Assembly (NCBI GenBank): GCA_951406725.2
Contig: OX597841.1
Coordinates: forward strand, 14,942,001 to 15,006,000
Length of the DNA: 64,000 bases
Reading direction: 5' to 3'
Source of the DNA: Octopus vulgaris
Lineage: Eukaryota
Positions 57,600-64,000 of this stretch are shown here, piece by piece. The notes beneath the pieces are model-generated. The model was given only the letters and a program-made list of their open reading frames with translations. It was not told the origin of the DNA and searched no databases. The position numbers and the translations under genes are program-made. The first letter of the stretch is position 1. The number at the start of each line of letters is the position of its first letter.

Positions 57600-58000
57600 C
57601 ATTCCTCTTTGGTAGACGTCAAAGAGACGTCTACCAAAGAAATTGAGGGCAGAGACGGAAGTGCTGTCCTCGAGAGAGTTTATTAAAAAGTGTGTGGAAA
57701 TTTCGAAGATGGCAAGAGTGGACAGTACCTCTCTCGGTGTAGAACAATGAGACGGAGAATGGGAACTGTAGAGGGCGCTTGCTCTTGGTGTTCAGGGAGA
57801 TCTTGTACAGTGGGGTTCCTCGATTATCCATAGGGACCATCCTGTATCAGAACTACACCGCTATCATCCCCTAGCCCCTTTTTTGTTGACCTTTGTAGAC
57901 CATATTTCCTTTCCTTTAGAATTTCATTATTTGTAACCCCTCACACTCTATGTTTTGTATTGTTCGCCTCATCCTTCGCCCTGGTGGCAAATAAATGAAA
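57600..58000 (+). mobile_element. Possible L1/Tx1-type LINE 3' end
   Basis: Decayed ...RKLRAETEVLSSREFIKKCVEISKMARVD; UTR ends in AATAAA followed by (ATC/ATT)n. Family assignment from recall only. Confidence 0.35.
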
Positions 58001-58030
58001 TCATCATCATCATCATCATCATTATTATCA

Positions 58031-58127
<97 letters not shown>

Positions 58128-59134
58128 GCTGGCAGAAATGTTACCACGCCGGGCGAAATGCTTTGTGGTATTTCGCCTGCCGTTACGTTCTGAGTTCAAA
58201 TTCCGCAGAGGTCGACTTTGCCTTTCATCTTTTCGGGGTCGATAAAATAAGTACCAGTTGAACACTGGGGTCGATGTAATCGACTCATCCCCTCCACAAA
58301 ATTGTTGGCCTTGTGACAAAATTTGAAACCCTTATTATTGATGAGTGAGGGAGCAACACTTGCTATCAAGGTGACGCTGGAGTACAATTATACGAAACCC
58401 AATACATCAGTATGTCCGATGTTGAGATTTGCTAGAATATCACCAACGTCATCGAAAAGATCTGACACATCACGACGTTACCTGGAATCGGCTCCAGCAA
58501 CAATTTCATCGTTTGACGGTTTTTTTTTTCTATCTGAGCCAAACCGCCACCATATATTCAGTGCACCTTAGCTACAACAAATTCATGAGACGGCGGAGAG
58601 ACAGCGGACATAGGCTAACTCAAACTGTCAACAATTAAAGCGATGTACGGGCAGCAAGCGGAGGCACTAGTGACAGTGGCACAACCGGCAGCTAATTCAT
58701 ATTTTGACTGAGGCTGCAATCAAACCGATCGGAGATCGAATATCTCCAAACACTCTCGATGTTTTGTCGTTCGTAGCAGCATTTTTCTCTGTATACGAAA
58801 AGGAATAAATATTTTGTTTATCAATAAACAGATATCAGTGTTCTTCATCGTAACATGTGCATGTGTGTTTATATATATATTCATATGTATGTATGAATGC
58901 ATGTATGCGTGTATGTGAATGTGTGTTTTGTGTGTCTCTTTCCCTATATGTATATATATATATATATTTCTTCCAAGGAATCTAATGCGCTTGGCTTAGA
59001 TTTTCCTTTGGGGCTGGCCAGGTCGGAGCAATCTCAAGATTAATCAGCCGAAATTGCGAGGATGATCCGGTTCTTGACTGTTTTTTGTATCGTCTTCTAA
59101 ATGTTTTACGTTCTTGTCCCAGTTTGTATTTTTC

Positions 59135-59182
<48 letters not shown>

Positions 59183-59187
<5 letters not shown>

Positions 59188-60420
59188 ATTGAGGATTACA
59201 GCGGAAGTGTGAGGAAGCTAATGAAGTCAAAGCTAAATGGTTCGAATCTAGTGAAGGCTGTAAATACTAGGGCAGAATCATTACTTAAATACTCGGCAGA
59301 TTTTGTGGATTGGACAAAAAGTGAATTAGCAAAACTAGACAGAAGAACTAGGAAGGAATTCAATATGAATGGAGGACTCCAGCCAAGGGCAGGAGTAGCA
59401 AGATTATACTTACTTAGAGAGGGAGATGGATGAAGCTTAATATCACTAGAAGACTGTGGAGCTATTTAGAGTAGATATAGACTCTTATGTAAGTAATAGT
59501 GAAGAAAGTTTATTAAAAGCTGCGAGTGTCACTGCAAGACATAAGGAAACCAAAAACCCAAACGAAGTTAAAAACCAGAAAAAAGAACAGAAATTATATG
59601 ACTGGCAGGAGAAGGCGCTGCATGGTAGATTCCCAAAGATAGTTGCAACAAATAGCAGCAGTGAGACATGGTTATGGTTGCAGAAAGGAAAACTGAAAAG
59701 GGAGACACAAAGTTTGTTAGTAGCTGCATAAGATCAAGCATTAAGGACTAATTGAATAAAAGCCAAAATAGACAAAAAGAAACTAGATTCCCAGTGTAGA
59801 TTATGCAAATCAAAATATGAAAGCGTTACTCATATAGTAAGTGAATGTAGCATATTGACACAGACAGAATACAACAAAAGACATGACAACCTAGGGAGAA
59901 GAATCCGCCGGGAGTTATGTAGAAAGTTACTGATAAATACTGATAAATGGTGTGAACATGAACTTAGTAAATTACTAGAAAGTAAGAAATACAAGATGTT
60001 GTGAGACTTTAATGTTCAGATTGACTGAATAATAAAATCTGGAAGACCTGATTTAGTAGTGGTAGACAAAGTGAATAGAAAGAGTCTGATAATTGACTTT
60101 GCAGTCTCAAATGAAGAAAAATCAATAAGAGAGGTATGGGAAAAATAGCAAAGTACCAGGTTCTAGCTATTGAATTAGAGAGACTATGGAAAGTGTGGGT
60201 AAAATGTATCCCAGTAGTTATAGGTGTGTTGGGAACTATCACTAAAGATTTGAACGGATGGATAGAGGAAATAGGCATTAAACCCAGTTTAGTACAGCTG
60301 TAGAAATCAGTGTTATTAGGGACAGCTAGGATACTTAGAAGGGTTCTTGGCATCTAAGGTTACTTGTTGTGGCCTGATGTTAGGAATTTTTTTTCCAACA
60401 GTCTAATCTGTTGTGTTTAT
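59183..60420 (+). mobile_element. Dong/R4-clade non-LTR retrotransposon, degraded RT C-terminus + CCHC + REL endonuclease
   Basis: KSKLNGSNLVKAVNT..LDRRTRK..RLYLLREG, WQEKALHGRF..TWLWLQKGKLKRETQSLLVAA*DQALRT, CRLC..ESVTHIVSEC..RHD, RPDLVVVDK, KYQVLAIELERLW, LLGTARILRRVL*. Multiple stops. Confidence 0.9.
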
Positions 60421-60459
60421 ATGATGATGTTGACGATGATAATGATGATGATGATGATG

Positions 60460-60548
<89 letters not shown>

Positions 60549-60567
60549 AATAATAATAATAATAATA

Positions 60568-61242
<675 letters not shown>

Positions 61243-61256
61243 TAATAATAATGATA

Positions 61257-61314
<58 letters not shown>

Positions 61315-61539
61315 GCTGCTTTGATACTTGGTTGTTAAATATCGTGAAAGACATTCAACATCAACAATCAAGTACCGAAGCTTATAAAGAGCGGAAAGAG
61401 ACTCTGGGAGACCTCCGGCAACAGTCTGCTGTCCGCTCTCACAGAATCTACCAGGCCAAACAAGACCGAACGTTCTGAGAAGTAAAACAACAATAACAAC
61501 AACAGCAACAATAATAATAGAAAAGTTGTACGATAAAGA

Positions 61540-61751
61540 ACCTCAAACCGTGAAAGGAAGTGAGAATTACAAGATCTCGTGAGATTTCGCCATAAATACT
61601 GACCAAGTAGCTTGCTTACCAACCACATGGTTCTGGGTTCAGTCCCACTGCGTGGCATCTTGGGCAAGTGTCTTCTGCTATAGCCTCGAGCCGACCAATC
61701 CCTTGTGAGTGGATGGATTTGGTAGACGGAAACTAAAAGAAGCCCGTCGTA

Positions 61752-61818
<67 letters not shown>

Positions 61819-62478
61819 GTGCGATAGAATAAGTACTGGGCTTACAAAAAATAAGTCCCGGGGTCGATTTGCTCGACTAAAGGTGGTGCTCCAGCATGGC
61901 CGCAGTCAAATAACTGAAACAAGTAAAAGTGTAAAGAGTATGTTATGGAAGCCAGAAGACCAGATATGATACTCTCTCTTTTACTCTTTTACTTGTTTCA
62001 GTCATTTGGACTGCGGCCATGCTGGAGCACCGCCTTTAGTCGAGCAAATCGACCCCAGGACTTATTCTTTGTAAGCCCAGTACTTATTCTATCGGTCTCT
62101 TTTGCCGAACCGCTAAGTTACGGGGACGTAAACACACCAGCATCGGTTGTCAAGCAATGCTAGAGGGACAAACACAGACACACAAACATACACACGCATA
62201 TATATATATACATATATACGACAGGCTTCTTTCAGTTTCCGTCTACCAAATCCACTCACAAGGGATTGGTCGACCCGAGGCTATAGCAGAAGACACTTGC
62301 CCAAGATACCACGCAGTGGGACTGAACCCAGAACCATGTGGCTGGTTAGCAAGCTACTATGATAATTGAGGATCAAATAAACAAACGGCGGAAGATCATG
62401 GATTTTGAAATTCCCTTTTATAGCAGAATTGATATCAAAGAAATGGAAAGAATTGTGAAATACCAGGATCTAGCATGA
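61540..62478 (+). mobile_element. Dong/R4 REL fragment split by two oppositely oriented family A SINEs
   Basis: Pieces PQTVKGSENYKIS*DFAINTD (61540-61603), VMEARRPDMI (61940-61972) and IIEDQINKRRKIMDFEIPFYSRIDIKEMERIVKYQDLA (62362-62475) are collinear. Confidence 0.72.
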
Positions 62479-62902
62479 AGGGAAGAGGATGGGGTCCACG
62501 GAAATGGTAAATTGTTTACGGCACAAAAGAAAACCATTTTAAACTTGCTAAAATGATATTCGGGACATCTTATCACTATTAAGTATACAGGCAGATATGT
62601 TACGCAAGATTAATTTTGGGGGTATGATCACGTGGTCGGAGAGCTAACATCTTACCTCAAAGCCACGCCTTTTAAAGGAAATGCTATTTTGTAATACCTG
62701 CTTTAATCGCACGATTAGTATATTGTTTCCAATGGCCAAGGGTTGAAAATGAAAGCTGTGGCCAATTCGTAATATGGACATACATACTACATGCACACAG
62801 CCATCAGCAAATATATATATATATATACATACCGGAGTAAACACATAAATGTGAAACAAGGTGGAAAAAAGAGTACTCAAATACCAGTGGTAGAGTAATA
62901 TG

Positions 62903-63060
62903 CTTTATTTAAAGCAGCAGAAAATTCAACAAAACCTGTTACTCTGAGTTTCACGTTGCCGTTCGTTGGACAGTTTTTGCTAGCAAAAACTGTCCGATGA
63001 ACGGCAACGTGAAACTCAGAGTAACAGGTTTTGTTGAATTTTCTGCTGCTTTAAATAAAG
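62903..63060. repeat. 158-bp loop-less palindrome of a Penelope-type repeat with hammerhead-like motifs
   Basis: 79-bp arms centred on tttttgct|agcaaaaa, 2 mismatches. + strand motif 62990-63027: CUGU-CCGAUGA-ACG gcaa CGU-GAAA-CUC a GAG-UA-ACAG. Confidence 0.9.
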
Positions 63061-63146
63061 TATATATATATATATATATATAAACACACACACATATATA
63101 TATATACATATAAATATATATATGTATATATATATATATGTATATA

Positions 63147-63189
<43 letters not shown>

Positions 63190-63193
<4 letters not shown>

Positions 63194-63593
63194 TGCACAT
63201 AAATGAATACGTATACACACCCATGTATGTATATATGTATATATATATATATATGTATGTATATTCAAACATACATGCATACGTATGTATATACACGTAT
63301 GCATGCACACAAGCATGCGAACATCTATCTGTACACACAACACACACACGCTCACATACATACATATACATATATATGTGCATGCATTACACACACTCAC
63401 ACACATATATTTATGTATCTATGTATATACATAGTATATATATATGTAGTTAGGGCAGCGGACTCGCGGTCGTAGGATCGCTGTTTCGATTCCCAGACCG
63501 GGCGTTGTGAGTGTTTTTTGAGCGAAAACACCTAAAAGCTCCACGAGGGTCCGACAGCGATGTGTAGCAACATCTGATGGTTCTGGTATATAT

Positions 63594-63627
<34 letters not shown>

Positions 63628-63633
63628 CATATG

Positions 63634-63724
<91 letters not shown>

Positions 63725-64000
63725 TGCACATAAATGAATACGTATACACACCCATGTATGTATATATGTATATATATATATATATGTATGTATATTCAAA
63801 CATACATGCATACGTATGTATATACACGTATGCATGCACACAAGCATGCGAACATCTATCTGTACACACAACACACACACGCTCACATACATACATATAC
63901 ATATATATGTACATGCATTACACACACTCACACACATATATTTATGTATCTATGTATATACATAGTATATATATATGTAGTTAGGGCAGCGGACTCGCGG
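63190..64000. repeat. 531-bp tandem duplication running off the window end
   Basis: 63190-63469 is near-identical to 63721-64000. Confidence 0.9.

Overview
Eukaryotic, AT-rich, microsatellite-saturated animal DNA. The SINE and microsatellite repertoire looks like an octopod cephalopod (Octopus); this is inference from recalled repeat families. Almost all ORFs in the supplied track are simple-repeat artefacts. The one well-supported host gene is the 3' part (7 exons, about 345 codons, + strand, 621-14189) of a protein DD3-3-like gene. It has phase-consistent splice sites, one GC-AG intron, and small exons the ORF track misses. The rest of the window is tRNA-derived SINEs of three families, fragments of Penelope, Dong/R4, CR1-type and RTE retroelements, a maT/mariner remnant carrying nested Helitrons, tandem arrays (12, ~80, 102 and ~160 bp units) and many fold-back palindromes. 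Most notable are at least 8 type I hammerhead-ribozyme-like motifs in Penelope-type repeats, some with variant cores and some inside palindromes. No prokaryotic-type systems or CRISPR arrays were found.
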